Shown here in pieces: positions 1-8,374 of a stretch of DNA of 27,794 nt. The first letter of the stretch is position 1. The number at the start of each line of letters is the position of its first letter. Under the pieces are notes generated by a model that saw nothing but the letters and a program-made list of their open reading frames with translations, was not told the origin of the DNA and ran no database searches. Made by a program: the position numbers and the translations under genes. Origin of the DNA: a virus (taxonomy: Duplodnaviria; Caudoviricetes); the IMG/VR virus record IMGVR_UViG_3300020176_000071, positions 1 to 27,794 of that record; one strand, written 5' to 3'.

Positions 1-2
1 AG

Positions 3-1370
3 TGCACTAATGATATTCCAGAGGCAAATGTGCTTTGTATGCACACTACTTCTGCAACTTCTATAGAGCAGCAACAGCAGTATGTTTATAAATATCTGCC
101 CTCAGAGTGGAAACAGGCAAAAAAGGGTAAGGTAACTAACATGACTTTCTCAAAAAAAGGAGGATTTACTGAGTCTTGTTGCGTTACCCCTAATGGCAGC
201 CGAATATTTTTTCGTAATTACTCGCAGAACCTCGATACTGGTATTTTAGAGGGCTCTGAGTGGGATATGGTGTGGCTGGATGAGCTCTGCGGAGTAGACC
301 ATATTAATGCCCTTCGTTTTAGGCTTGTTACTAGGGCAAACAGACCAGCACCTAACTATCCTAAAGGTTATCCATGGCGTGGGATGCTTATAACCTTTAC
401 GCCAGTTGCTGGTTATACTCCGACAATTAGGGAGTATTTGCAGGGGGCTAGGACAGTAAAATGGGGGCAAGCAGACCCTGAGCTTTTAGAAAACGAAAAA
501 GTGCCAATCATTCAGCAACCGCTGCGAGAAAACTCTAGGGTAATTTATTTTCACTCTATTTGGAATAAATTTAATGACTACCGAGCCCTGAAGCGAACCT
601 TACAGAATGATCCTCGCCCCAAAATTCTTACTCGTGCGTTTGGAGTCCCTACAAAAGTCTCTGGTGGTATGTTTCCAAAATTTGGCGAGGCACACTTGGT
701 GAATGATGATCAGATTCCCAAAGAAGGCACAAACTACATGGTAGTAGACCCATCTCACGGAAAAAACTGGGTTATGATCTGGGTTAGGGTAGCTAAGGAT
801 GGGAAGTGCTATGTCTATAGAGAGTTTCCTGACCAGATTAACCCAATTGAGGGAGTTGGTATGGCTGGAGAGTGGGCTGTTGCTGGTAAAAAGATTGATG
901 GTGCTAGGGGTCACGCTCAGGAAAGCTGGGGCTGGTCACTGGCTCGATACAAAGAAGAGATCTTGAGGCAGGAGGGTAATGAGAAAATATTTATGAGAAT
1001 CATGGACTCTAGGTTTGGGTCTGCACCGACTCCAACAAAGTCAGGTATTACCACGCTAATAGATGAAATGGCTGACATGGATATGTTTTTTGAGCCAAGC
1101 GTAGGGGTCAGGATTGAGGAGGGTATTACCATGGTTAATAGCCTACTGGACTATAATTCTGAGCAGCCTGTAGGTTCAATGAATTGTCCAAAACTTTATG
1201 TACATGAAGACTGTAAGAATCTGAGGTTTGCCCTTAGCACTTGGACTAATACTGATGGGAAACACGCTGCCACAAAAGATTTTTGTGATCTAATGCGGTA
1301 CTTTGTGCTGTCAGCTCCAGTTTTCTTAGAGGAAGGTAGTGGCGTTTTATTTGAAGGTGGTGGCTACTAA
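3..1370 (+). CDS. terL: Terminase large subunit (5'-truncated by window edge)
   Basis: The frame of the 30..1370 ORF is open back to base 3 (CTNDIPEANVLCMH). It has Walker B WDMVWLDE, coupling motif ITFTP, and RNase H-like nuclease acidic motifs (YMVVDP, RIMDS, KDFCDLMRY). Lies upstream of the portal. Walker A is presumably upstream of the window. Confidence 0.93.
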   Translation, partial: CTNDIPEANVLCMHTTSATSIEQQQQYVYKYLPSEWKQAKKGKVTNMTFSKKGGFTESCCVTPNGSRIFFRNYSQNLDTGILEGSEWDMVWLDELCGVDHINALRFRLVTRANRPAPNYPKGYPWRGMLITFTPVAGYTPTIREYLQGARTVKWGQADPELLENEKVPIIQQPLRENSRVIYFHSIWNKFNDYRALKRTLQNDPRPKILTRAFGVPTKVSGGMFPKFGEAHLVNDDQIPKEGTNYMVVDPSHGKNWVMIWVRVAKDGKCYVYREFPDQINPIEGVGMAGEWAVAGKKIDGARGHAQESWGWSLARYKEEILRQEGNEKIFMRIMDSRFGSAPTPTKSGITTLIDEMADMDMFFEPSVGVRIEEGITMVNSLLDYNSEQPVGSMNCPKLYVHEDCKNLRFALSTWTNTDGKHAATKDFCDLMRYFVLSAPVFLEEGSGVLFEGGGY

Positions 1371-1401
1371 CCGAAAAAAGTTTACAAAAAAAGGTTTACC
1401 G

Positions 1402-1426
1402 CAAGTGCTTGTATAGCAATCGCTTA
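1402..1426. promoter_or_regulatory. Imperfect spaced dyad cAAG-N3-TTG-N5-CAA-N3-CTTa resembling back-to-back IHF-like sites
   Basis: Sequence caagtgcttgtatagcaatcgctta. Each strand approximates the IHF consensus WATCAANNNNTTR (TAGCAAtcgcTTA on +, ATACAAgcacTTG on -). Flanked by A-tracts and T-tracts. Confidence 0.35.
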
Positions 1427-1471
1427 ACTTTGTAATCAGGAATTAGTTTTTTTTATTATTTGGTTTAGTAC

Positions 1472-1499
1472 TTGCTTTCTGTGTACACAGATATATGTT
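1472..1499 (+). promoter_or_regulatory. Putative sigma70-type promoter with perfect 14-bp palindromic operator in the spacer
   Basis: TTGCTT (1472-1477), 16 nt, TATGTT (1494-1499), with an AT-rich UP-like tract upstream. The spacer contains TCTGTGTACACAGA (1478-1491), a perfect palindrome. ATG at 1506 lies 6 nt past the -10. Confidence 0.55.
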
Positions 1500-1505
1500 G
1501 TGGGT

Positions 1506-1760
1506 ATGGATACGAAATTATTATATCAAACAGAGGAAAAGCCGACTCTTGAGGGAGCTCAGAAAATTGTAGGAGGCTTTGTAGAGTTGATCGGACTCAA
1601 GAATGGAGATCAGATGCTCGTGAACGAAAACGCTATTATGGATCAATTGCCAATCAACGAGATAGCAACCCAAATCGCAATAGATCAAAGCAATGCACTT
1701 ATCTGGGATGGCATTCGTGGGGATGTTCTTATTTTACAGGGGGCAGCAAAATGGGATTAA
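1506..1760 (+). CDS. DUF3846-like small phage protein
   Basis: Pattern PTLEGAQKIVGGFVELI...MLVNE...LPINEIAT...IRGDVLI matches my recollection of DUF3846. In-frame ATG at 1506 (the track uses GTG at 1500). Confidence 0.7.
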   Translation: MDTKLLYQTEEKPTLEGAQKIVGGFVELIGLKNGDQMLVNENAIMDQLPINEIATQIAIDQSNALIWDGIRGDVLILQGAAKWD

Positions 1761-1787
1761 GTAAAGAAAATAGGGAAGTCCCGAATT

Positions 1788-2021
1788 ATGATTGATAAAA
1801 GTGACCAATTCAAAGATCAACAGCTTAAGATTAAGTTGATCGATAGATTCTCATCTTTGTTAAACATAGATCCGTCTGTATTGATGACCCATCCAGACCA
1901 CAGCAAAATTATAACTGACTGCCTAGGAGGGTATACAATTCTTATAGACACAATAAGCAAGGATGTTTATGGTTTAGAACCATGCAAACAGAAGAATCAT
2001 CATGGGGGGGCAAGCGAGTGA
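1788..2021 (+). CDS. Hypothetical protein (77 aa)
   Basis: ATG-started ORF filling the gap between neighbours; no recognisable motif. Confidence 0.55.
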   Translation: MIDKSDQFKDQQLKIKLIDRFSSLLNIDPSVLMTHPDHSKIITDCLGGYTILIDTISKDVYGLEPCKQKNHHGGASE

Positions 2022-2179
2022 ACCAGACAGGTAGACCTAAATTGCCAGATAATATTAAACGGGTTTACACTACTATGAGGATTAAGCCAGAGACAAAAAA
2101 GTTTCTGGAAAGTGACCCTGATGGACAAGGTAAGTGCGTTGACAAATTAGTCGTAAGAGCGAAGGCTAAAAAAATATAG
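1982..2179 (+). CDS. Small DNA-binding protein, ribbon-helix-helix-like with basic GGxR..GRP arm
   Basis: WGGKRVNQTGRPK arm, then an alternating beta-strand RVYTTMRI and helical KPETKKFL...VDKLV, as in CopG/BrnA-like RHH proteins. Confidence 0.6.
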   Translation: MQTEESSWGGKRVNQTGRPKLPDNIKRVYTTMRIKPETKKFLESDPDGQGKCVDKLVVRAKAKKI

Positions 2180-2215
2180 TTGACCAAAATCCCTACGAAA
2201 AGTCGAGTTTTCACC

Positions 2216-2446
2216 ATGGCTCGATTGGGGATTGATAAGGCTTTGTTAAGGCGAGGTGAGGTAATTAAGGCACTCGGATTATCTAGATCCGAGATGAAGA
2301 ACATGGTGGATGCTAAGCTAATTACTCCGCACTACTTTCGCAAGGGTGCTCGTGCATTTTTCCTGCGTTCCCAGATTGAAAAACTTTTAGAATCATGGGA
2401 AAGCGACAATGAGGAATTACGACAGCGACAAGAACAAACTTACTAA
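2216..2446 (+). CDS. Small helix-turn-helix protein (excisionase/MerR-like HTH)
   Basis: LLRRGEVIKALGLSRSEMKNMVDAKLI...RAFFLRSQIEKLL fits the Xis/HTH_17 winged-HTH pattern. In-frame ATG at 2216; overlaps the portal start. Confidence 0.7.
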   Translation: MARLGIDKALLRRGEVIKALGLSRSEMKNMVDAKLITPHYFRKGARAFFLRSQIEKLLESWESDNEELRQRQEQTY

Positions 2447-4529
2447 AGAGCCTGATGTAGCTGAGCTACAAGCTGAGCTATCTGCCATCCTTGAAGATGC
2501 TAGTCGCAATCTCAGGAGGAGAGATGATTTTGATGATGTTCGTTTTTGTCGCTGGTCTGGTCAGTCAGATGATGGCAGGAAGCATGAAGAATTTATAGGG
2601 AGAAAACCTATCCCATGGGAAGGGGCATCTGACACCCATAATCGACTTGCAGATAGGCTTGTAAACGAGCACGTGCATATGGCTCTAGAATCATTTTTTA
2701 GGGCTAACATAAATGTTACAGGCATAGAGGTAGATGATACAAAAAAAGCCTCTTACTGGAGGGACTGCCTCTCCTATTTCTTAGAGCAAAAGATGCTACC
2801 TGAGCTTCGTAGAGAGGTGGAGCTGCTGGCTCAGGAAATGTATGCTGGGTCTCCTGCTATTGCCATTTTGGGAGTGTACTGGCAGCAGGAAACTATCATG
2901 CGTCTAAAGAAGTTTAGTATGCAAGACCTATTGCAGCTGGTGCAGCAGATGGGTGGGGATGAAAATGCCATGCAGGAAATTTCTGCTATAATGGTAGACC
3001 CTGACATGGAAGAAAAAGCCTTGGATGTCATGCGGATGGTTTTTGCTGGGGTCAAGGACAAGGTTCTTAAGAGAGGGCTAAAGGAATTTAGAGAGTTTGG
3101 GGAGACAAAATTGCCAGCCCCATCAGAGCACGAGAACCGCCCAAGGTTTGTGGCGCACAGGCTTTACGACGATATATTTGTTGACGCAAATTGCACTGAA
3201 CTAGACAGGGCTCGCTGTGTTATGCGTAGGGAATGGTTTACGGAGACAGAGCTGCGTGATAAAATTATAACTGAAGGATTCAGTGAGGAATTTGTTGAAC
3301 AGGTCTTAGAGAAAACAGAGGCAGTTTCTGGAGTGCCACAGTATGACCAAAGAAGTCCGATTCGGCTTGGGGAGTTACTCGTGGGGCAGGGGGTTGAGGG
3401 AGACTATGACGATCTTTATGAGATCTTTTATGCATACCAGAGGGTCTATGATGAGGATACGAATGTGCCAGCGATTTACTGCACCGCATTTTCTTCTCAT
3501 GTGCCTGATTCCTATGGTAAACATGAAATCTTAAACTATGGTCATAATCAGATGCCTTTTGTTCTCTTTAGCAGGGAGCGTTTAAGTAGGTCTATTTTCG
3601 ACAGCAGGGGAATACCTGAAGTGGTGGCAACTAATCAGTATGAGGCTAAGCTGCACCGAGACCTTAAAAATGATGCTGCAAGTATCAGTGTGATTCCTCC
3701 ACTGTTGGTCAACGCAAGGCGTGGGGGATTAAACACAACGATAGCCCCAGCATCACAGATGACTATTTCAAGACCCGATGATATTGGCTGGCTTGCACCT
3801 CCCCCTGTTTCCAATGGATCAATGGAGGCAGAGGCTGCTGCCATTATGGATGCCGAGAAATATTTTGGTAACCCTGATAAGCCAGAACAGAAACAGCTTT
3901 ACCAGCAGTGCATGACTAATCGCTGGCTGGATTCATGGAAAGAAGCTTTATCGCAAGCCCTGTGTTTATGCCAGCAGTACCTGTCACCTGAATTTGTCGC
4001 AAGACTGACAGGTGGATCAGTTGAGGATATTGCTGTCCAACAAGATGACATTGCTGGGCGATATGACCTGAGCCTTCGCTTTAATGTGGATACGCTTAAT
4101 CCAGAGTTTATGGAGAAAAAAATTGATGCGGTTATGAAGCTGACGCAGTTCGATGTGACAGGTGCTCTAGACCGAAATAAGCTTTTAGAAATCATAGCCG
4201 AGTCGATTGATCCAATGTTAGCAAAGCAAGTGGTTATGGATAAGGCAACAGCAGCCCAAAGGGAAATTGAAGATGAGCAAAATGCGTGGATTAAAATTAT
4301 CAATGAAATCGAACCAATACCTAAAGAGGGAGTTAATTTCCAATTACGCCAGCAAACAGCTCAGCAAATTATCCAAACTTCTCAGGAGCTTCAGAAGAAG
4401 CTCCAAGAGAAACCACTTGTTAAGCAATTGTCGGACAATCGGATGCAGTATTTGCAGTTCGGAATACAGCAAATGGAAAACGCACAGATTGGAAGAGTGG
4501 GAGTTAAATCGGTCACTGGAGGATACTAA
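2409..4529 (+). CDS. Portal protein (P22-like podovirus type)
   Basis: 706 aa, between terminase and scaffold/capsid. PWEGASD motif near the N-terminus, MPFV...SRGIPE clip region, Gln-rich helical C-terminus. Confidence 0.88.
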   Translation: MRNYDSDKNKLTKEPDVAELQAELSAILEDASRNLRRRDDFDDVRFCRWSGQSDDGRKHEEFIGRKPIPWEGASDTHNRLADRLVNEHVHMALESFFRANINVTGIEVDDTKKASYWRDCLSYFLEQKMLPELRREVELLAQEMYAGSPAIAILGVYWQQETIMRLKKFSMQDLLQLVQQMGGDENAMQEISAIMVDPDMEEKALDVMRMVFAGVKDKVLKRGLKEFREFGETKLPAPSEHENRPRFVAHRLYDDIFVDANCTELDRARCVMRREWFTETELRDKIITEGFSEEFVEQVLEKTEAVSGVPQYDQRSPIRLGELLVGQGVEGDYDDLYEIFYAYQRVYDEDTNVPAIYCTAFSSHVPDSYGKHEILNYGHNQMPFVLFSRERLSRSIFDSRGIPEVVATNQYEAKLHRDLKNDAASISVIPPLLVNARRGGLNTTIAPASQMTISRPDDIGWLAPPPVSNGSMEAEAAAIMDAEKYFGNPDKPEQKQLYQQCMTNRWLDSWKEALSQALCLCQQYLSPEFVARLTGGSVEDIAVQQDDIAGRYDLSLRFNVDTLNPEFMEKKIDAVMKLTQFDVTGALDRNKLLEIIAESIDPMLAKQVVMDKATAAQREIEDEQNAWIKIINEIEPIPKEGVNFQLRQQTAQQIIQTSQELQKKLQEKPLVKQLSDNRMQYLQFGIQQMENAQIGRVGVKSVTGGY

Positions 4530-4825
4530 TGTTTAAATTATTTCGTAAGAAGTCAAAGCTAGTAAAGTACCCTAAGCCAATGTCGGCAGATGAAGTCGCT
4601 CAGGCTTTTGGGGATGTTGGCGATGGTAGTAAATTCTGGCAAGCCTTGGACACTGTTATTGATTCTGCTCTTTTAGACTCGGTGAATGATGTAGCAGATC
4701 CAGCGAGTGATCCACAGAAGATGTCCCATGCTGCTGGCAGAATTGATGCTCTGGCTACACTAAAAACAAAAATAGAGGAATTTAAAAAATGGAAGAATGG
4801 GAAGATACACTTCAATCAGAATTAG
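4529..4825 (+). CDS. Small post-portal hypothetical protein
   Basis: TAATG coupling with the portal stop. Helical HAAGRIDAL segment resembles small proteins that follow portals in podoviruses. Confidence 0.75.
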   Translation: MFKLFRKKSKLVKYPKPMSADEVAQAFGDVGDGSKFWQALDTVIDSALLDSVNDVADPASDPQKMSHAAGRIDALATLKTKIEEFKKWKNGKIHFNQN

Positions 4826-4941
4826 GTGAGAAATGTAACGACTATCTGATGAAAGGCTTAACTGTTCGTCAGGTCATTGGGGTGCTTGAGACGCTAAAGG
4901 CAGAGTTGCTTCCTGCTATAGTTGTATTCGACGAAGAATGA
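4789..4941 (+). CDS. Small hypothetical protein (50 aa), not in ORF track
   Basis: MEEWEDTLQSELGEKCNDYLMKGLTVRQVIGVLETLKAELLPAIVVFDEE*. GAGG lies upstream, and its stop overlaps the next start (ATGA 4938-4941), filling an otherwise empty gap. Confidence 0.75.
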   Translation: MEEWEDTLQSELGEKCNDYLMKGLTVRQVIGVLETLKAELLPAIVVFDEE

Positions 4942-5651
4942 AGTCTTTTGTGTTCGCCAGCGATTTGCATGGTGACAAGCAGGACTACGATGCAGTAGCT
5001 CACCTTCATAAATTTGTAGATGAGTTTAAGCCAGATGTCCGTATATTTGGAGGAGACTTATTTGATTTTTCTCCACTGATGAGATCCGCAGATGCTGCTG
5101 AGAGAAATGCAAGCATGGAGGCAGATGTGGAGGCTGGGATGGAGTTTCTAAAAAAGTTTAAGCCACATCATTTTTTATTAGGCAATCATGATGACCGACT
5201 GTGGCAGACAGCCGAAAAGCATAGCTTGGGCATAATTAGAGACACAGCTAAATTAGGCATTAAAGATATTGAGCAGACCTGTCGCTCTATAAAGTGCAAG
5301 ATGTATCCGTATGATGTTGATAAGGGTATTTTAAAGCTAGGTAAGATAAAATTCTGCCATGGTTATTTTCATGGCATCACAGCCACAAAAAGACACGCAG
5401 AGACATTTTCTGAAGAGGGTGGGCTAGTAGTGCATGGACACATTCATTCTATACAGCACCATTCTATCCCTAAGCAGGGAGGTGGTGCTGGAATTAGTGC
5501 TGGCTGCCTTGCTACTACTGCAATGGACTGGAATCGGGCTAAGGTGAACAGGTTAGCTCACGAGGCTGGCTGGGTTTACGGATATTACTCCAATAAGGGT
5601 TGGGCTGCTTATATAGCTAAGCGGATGGGAAGCGAGTGGTGCTGGAGATGA
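4938..5651 (+). CDS. Calcineurin-like metallophosphoesterase
   Basis: All five motifs in order: SDLH, GDLFD, GNHD, CHG, GHIH. Confidence 0.93.
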   Translation: MKSFVFASDLHGDKQDYDAVAHLHKFVDEFKPDVRIFGGDLFDFSPLMRSADAAERNASMEADVEAGMEFLKKFKPHHFLLGNHDDRLWQTAEKHSLGIIRDTAKLGIKDIEQTCRSIKCKMYPYDVDKGILKLGKIKFCHGYFHGITATKRHAETFSEEGGLVVHGHIHSIQHHSIPKQGGGAGISAGCLATTAMDWNRAKVNRLAHEAGWVYGYYSNKGWAAYIAKRMGSEWCWR

Positions 5652-5890
5652 GCTGGGCATCAAAGCTTGAGAACTTGCATGACGATAGTGCAAATAAGCC
5701 AAGTGGAGAGGGCTGGTTTACTGTTGCTGATTTTAAGGAAGAAACTGGCTATGGATTCGGCAAATGCTACAAGCTAATAAACCAAGCTATTACAAATGGT
5801 AAAATGGAATGCTACTCAGGATCTGAGTACTCTGGTAGCCAAAAACAATTAGTTCGAAGGAACTGGTATCGCTTTATTGAGCCCAACTAG
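5648..5890 (+). CDS. Small hypothetical protein, possible winged HTH
   Basis: ATG 5648 overlaps the upstream TGA (ATGA). WFTVADFKEETGYGFGKCYKLINQAI resembles an HTH followed by a beta-wing. Confidence 0.65.
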   Translation: MSWASKLENLHDDSANKPSGEGWFTVADFKEETGYGFGKCYKLINQAITNGKMECYSGSEYSGSQKQLVRRNWYRFIEPN

Positions 5891-5900
5891 GGTAAGCGTG

Positions 5901-5961
5901 TTGACAGATTGTTAAGCAACAAAAAGTTTTAGCTTAACATTCGTCCGTGACGATCTTCACG
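5901..5961 (+). promoter_or_regulatory. Candidate control region for scaffold/capsid operon
   Basis: Consensus TTGACA at 5901 with only a poor -10 (AAGTTT) at 17 nt. Inverted repeat TGTTAAGC (5910-5917) / GCTTAACA (5932-5939). Near-palindrome CGTGAcGATCtTCACG (5946-5961). Confidence 0.45.
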
Positions 5962-5998
5962 AGATAACAATTCCAACGCCAGTGAATTTAAAAAAACT

Positions 5999-6955
5999 AT
6001 GGTAGACACAGTAAACGAGGTCGCGCCTCAAGAAACAGCAGAAACAGAAACAGATAGCTTAATTGATCTTGGGGAGATTATAGAATCTTCGGGATTAAGT
6101 GGGCAGTTCATTGACAATGCAGAATCAGAAACCGAAGAGGTTGCTGAAGAAGAGCTGGAGACAGCTGAAGAGCCTGAAGAAATTCTTGAATCCCCTGAAT
6201 ATTTAGAGGAAGAAGAGAAGCCAGAAGACTCTGAGGGTGTTAAAAAGCGGATTGGTAAGCTAGTAGAAGCAAAAAATGCTGCTTTAGCCGAAGTTGAGAT
6301 CCTAAAAGCCGAACTAGAAAGCACTGCTGGGGCAAAAGAAGCCCCAATGCCAGTTAAGTCTGAGAATTTAGACCGCTTTAGTGATGTTGATAATATGCAA
6401 CAGTTGCAGCAGCGTGAAGAAAGTGCTGAGCACTTAAGGGAGTGGCTTTTGGAAAATCCAGACGGAGGTGATTATACAGACATGGCTGGTGAGACCCACG
6501 ATGTCGAGTACGATCAAGCCAGAAAACTGATGGTTGAAACTGACAGGGATCTCAGGAAGAACATTCCAAAAGTTGCAGCTAGATTGGTGGAGAAACAAAA
6601 ACAAAGCCAGCTTGCGTTGCAGACTTTTAAGTGGATGTCTAACCAAGGCAGTGCGGAGAGTAAAGAAGTTGAAAAACTTTTGACCAACAATTCGCACTTA
6701 GCAAACTATGTTAAGACTGACCCCTTTGGGTTAATAACATTGGGTTATGCAGTAGAAGGGTTCAAAGCTTATAGAGAAAATGCAGTTAAAGCTAAAACTG
6801 GCAAACAACCAACCGCACCGAATCTTCCCACCGCCCCAAGTCGATCACAGAGGACTGTGGTAAAGTCAAAGGGTAAAGGGAAAGAAGCACTTCTGAAAAA
6901 AGCAGCCTCTGGAGAAATTGATGATGCAGCGTCTTACATAGAATCATTACTTTAA
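5999..6955 (+). CDS. Capsid scaffolding protein
   Basis: Very acidic N-terminus, coiled coil GVKKRIGKLVEAK, basic/Pro linker and terminal helix (DDAASYIESLL). Directly upstream of the capsid gene. Confidence 0.85.
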   Translation: MVDTVNEVAPQETAETETDSLIDLGEIIESSGLSGQFIDNAESETEEVAEEELETAEEPEEILESPEYLEEEEKPEDSEGVKKRIGKLVEAKNAALAEVEILKAELESTAGAKEAPMPVKSENLDRFSDVDNMQQLQQREESAEHLREWLLENPDGGDYTDMAGETHDVEYDQARKLMVETDRDLRKNIPKVAARLVEKQKQSQLALQTFKWMSNQGSAESKEVEKLLTNNSHLANYVKTDPFGLITLGYAVEGFKAYRENAVKAKTGKQPTAPNLPTAPSRSQRTVVKSKGKGKEALLKKAASGEIDDAASYIESLL

Positions 6956-6970
6956 CAGGAGGAAAAAATC

Positions 6971-8020
6971 ATGGCTGGAATAGTCGAAAGATCACAAAAT
7001 TTAAAGAGGGAAGACTTGTCTTCGCTTCTCACCATTATTGATAAAAAGAGTACACCCTTTTTATCTGAAGTTAAAAAAGGCAGTGCGCCTCGAAACTCAC
7101 TTTTAGAGTGGGGTGTAGATAAGCATAAGATTAATAATGTTCAGGCTGCTAATTATACAGCTGGCGTTTCCGACAAAATCCCAGTGGATGGTGAAGATAC
7201 CACCAGTGCTGATTTTGAGAACTATGATGATCGTGCAAAGTGCCAAGTTTATGTACAGTATGCTCGCAGATTCCCTAAGGTTTCTCGCTTAGCTGACATG
7301 ACTTCCGATATCGCAGGAGTCGGTTTTAAGAAGGAAATGAGCAACTCTATTGCAAAAGCATTGGTTACACATAAAAGAGATATAGAGAGTACTTTGTGCT
7401 CATCTCAAGAGACCAATCAGGAAAGCTCTTCTGATCCATATCAGACTCGTGGACTTGGCAAGTGGGTTAGCTCCTCGGCACAGGCAACCTTGCCAGTACC
7501 GACTTCGTTCCTAACTCCAGCATCATCTATTGGAACATCTGCTGCTGCTACCGCTAAAGAGGAAGACATCCGTGACATTCTTCAGAGCATATATGAGCAG
7601 ACTGGTGAATCGGATAAAGTCTTTTTTGGTCTTTGCGGAACTTCTGCAAAGAAGACCATTTCTGAGTTTACGCTGTTTAGCCCAAGAACCAACAATCTGG
7701 TAGTCTCTAATCGTGACACTGATGAAGGACGCTTGAGTGCTGCAATTGATATCATCGAGACTGACTTCGGGACTGTCGGGCTTCAATTAAGTAGCTTTCT
7801 GGAGCAGGACGCTCGGTCGGCTGGTGCTTATGATGCGTCCAAAGGACAGGGTACTTTGTTTATCTTAAATAAGCCACAGCTTGAGGTAGCATTTGCGGAA
7901 AACACAAATGTCCGTGAGTTGCCTGATCTTGGCGGTGGTGCTCGGTCATTAATCGAGTCTGTCTTTGCTCTCAAGTCTTACTCTGGTGGACTTGATCACG
8001 GCAAATACACTATAACCTGA
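6971..8020 (+). CDS. Major capsid protein (DUF5309/SU10-like HK97-fold family)
   Basis: Strong SD AGGAGG; 349 aa. Motifs REDLS..I...TPF, EW..D, HKRDIE, TRGL, TDFG recalled from this capsid family. Confidence 0.9.
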   Translation: MAGIVERSQNLKREDLSSLLTIIDKKSTPFLSEVKKGSAPRNSLLEWGVDKHKINNVQAANYTAGVSDKIPVDGEDTTSADFENYDDRAKCQVYVQYARRFPKVSRLADMTSDIAGVGFKKEMSNSIAKALVTHKRDIESTLCSSQETNQESSSDPYQTRGLGKWVSSSAQATLPVPTSFLTPASSIGTSAAATAKEEDIRDILQSIYEQTGESDKVFFGLCGTSAKKTISEFTLFSPRTNNLVVSNRDTDEGRLSAAIDIIETDFGTVGLQLSSFLEQDARSAGAYDASKGQGTLFILNKPQLEVAFAENTNVRELPDLGGGARSLIESVFALKSYSGGLDHGKYTIT

Positions 8021-8041
8021 TTGGTTTTCTTACGCTCAGCG

Positions 8042-8374
8042 ATGCTCGATTCTAACAAAGAAATTGTAGTTGATGGGGTTAACTACACTGGTGAAGTTTG
8101 GGATATCTTTGCTAATCAGTTTAGAACCGAGCTCGCTAGGGCGGAGGAACAACAAATCAAGTTGATGCAAGCCGAGCGTCGTTTGACTGGCGGTGAGCGA
8201 AAAAATTTAGACTTTGGGTATCTTAGGTATAAGCTCTGCCCAGAGGTCTATAATTTTTGGAAAGACAAAATCCATGAAAATATTTGGCAGGACAAAGGGT
8301 TTAAAAAATGGCTAGACAATCGATTTGGTGATCTAGTTAAAATTAAATCAGTCTCTGGCAAAATTATTGTCTAG
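8042..8374 (+). CDS. Hypothetical post-capsid protein
   Basis: In-frame ATG at 8042; its stop TAG directly abuts the next ATG. Confidence 0.7.
   Translation: MLDSNKEIVVDGVNYTGEVWDIFANQFRTELARAEEQQIKLMQAERRLTGGERKNLDFGYLRYKLCPEVYNFWKDKIHENIWQDKGFKKWLDNRFGDLVKIKSVSGKIIV

Noticed and set aside
2139-2167. TTGACA promoter inside the RHH-like gene
   Set aside because: No credible -10 at normal spacing.
1371-5998. tRNA or other structured RNA genes in the two longer intergenic gaps (1371-1505, 5891-5998)
   Set aside because: No cloverleaf or T-loop signature; only short inverted repeats.
8021-8041. Intrinsic terminator after the capsid gene
   Set aside because: Only 21 nt to the next ATG, with no stem-loop.
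6953-8374. Stop-codon reassignment
   Set aside because: TAA, TAG and TGA all end genes at sensible boundaries and coding density is full under the standard code.
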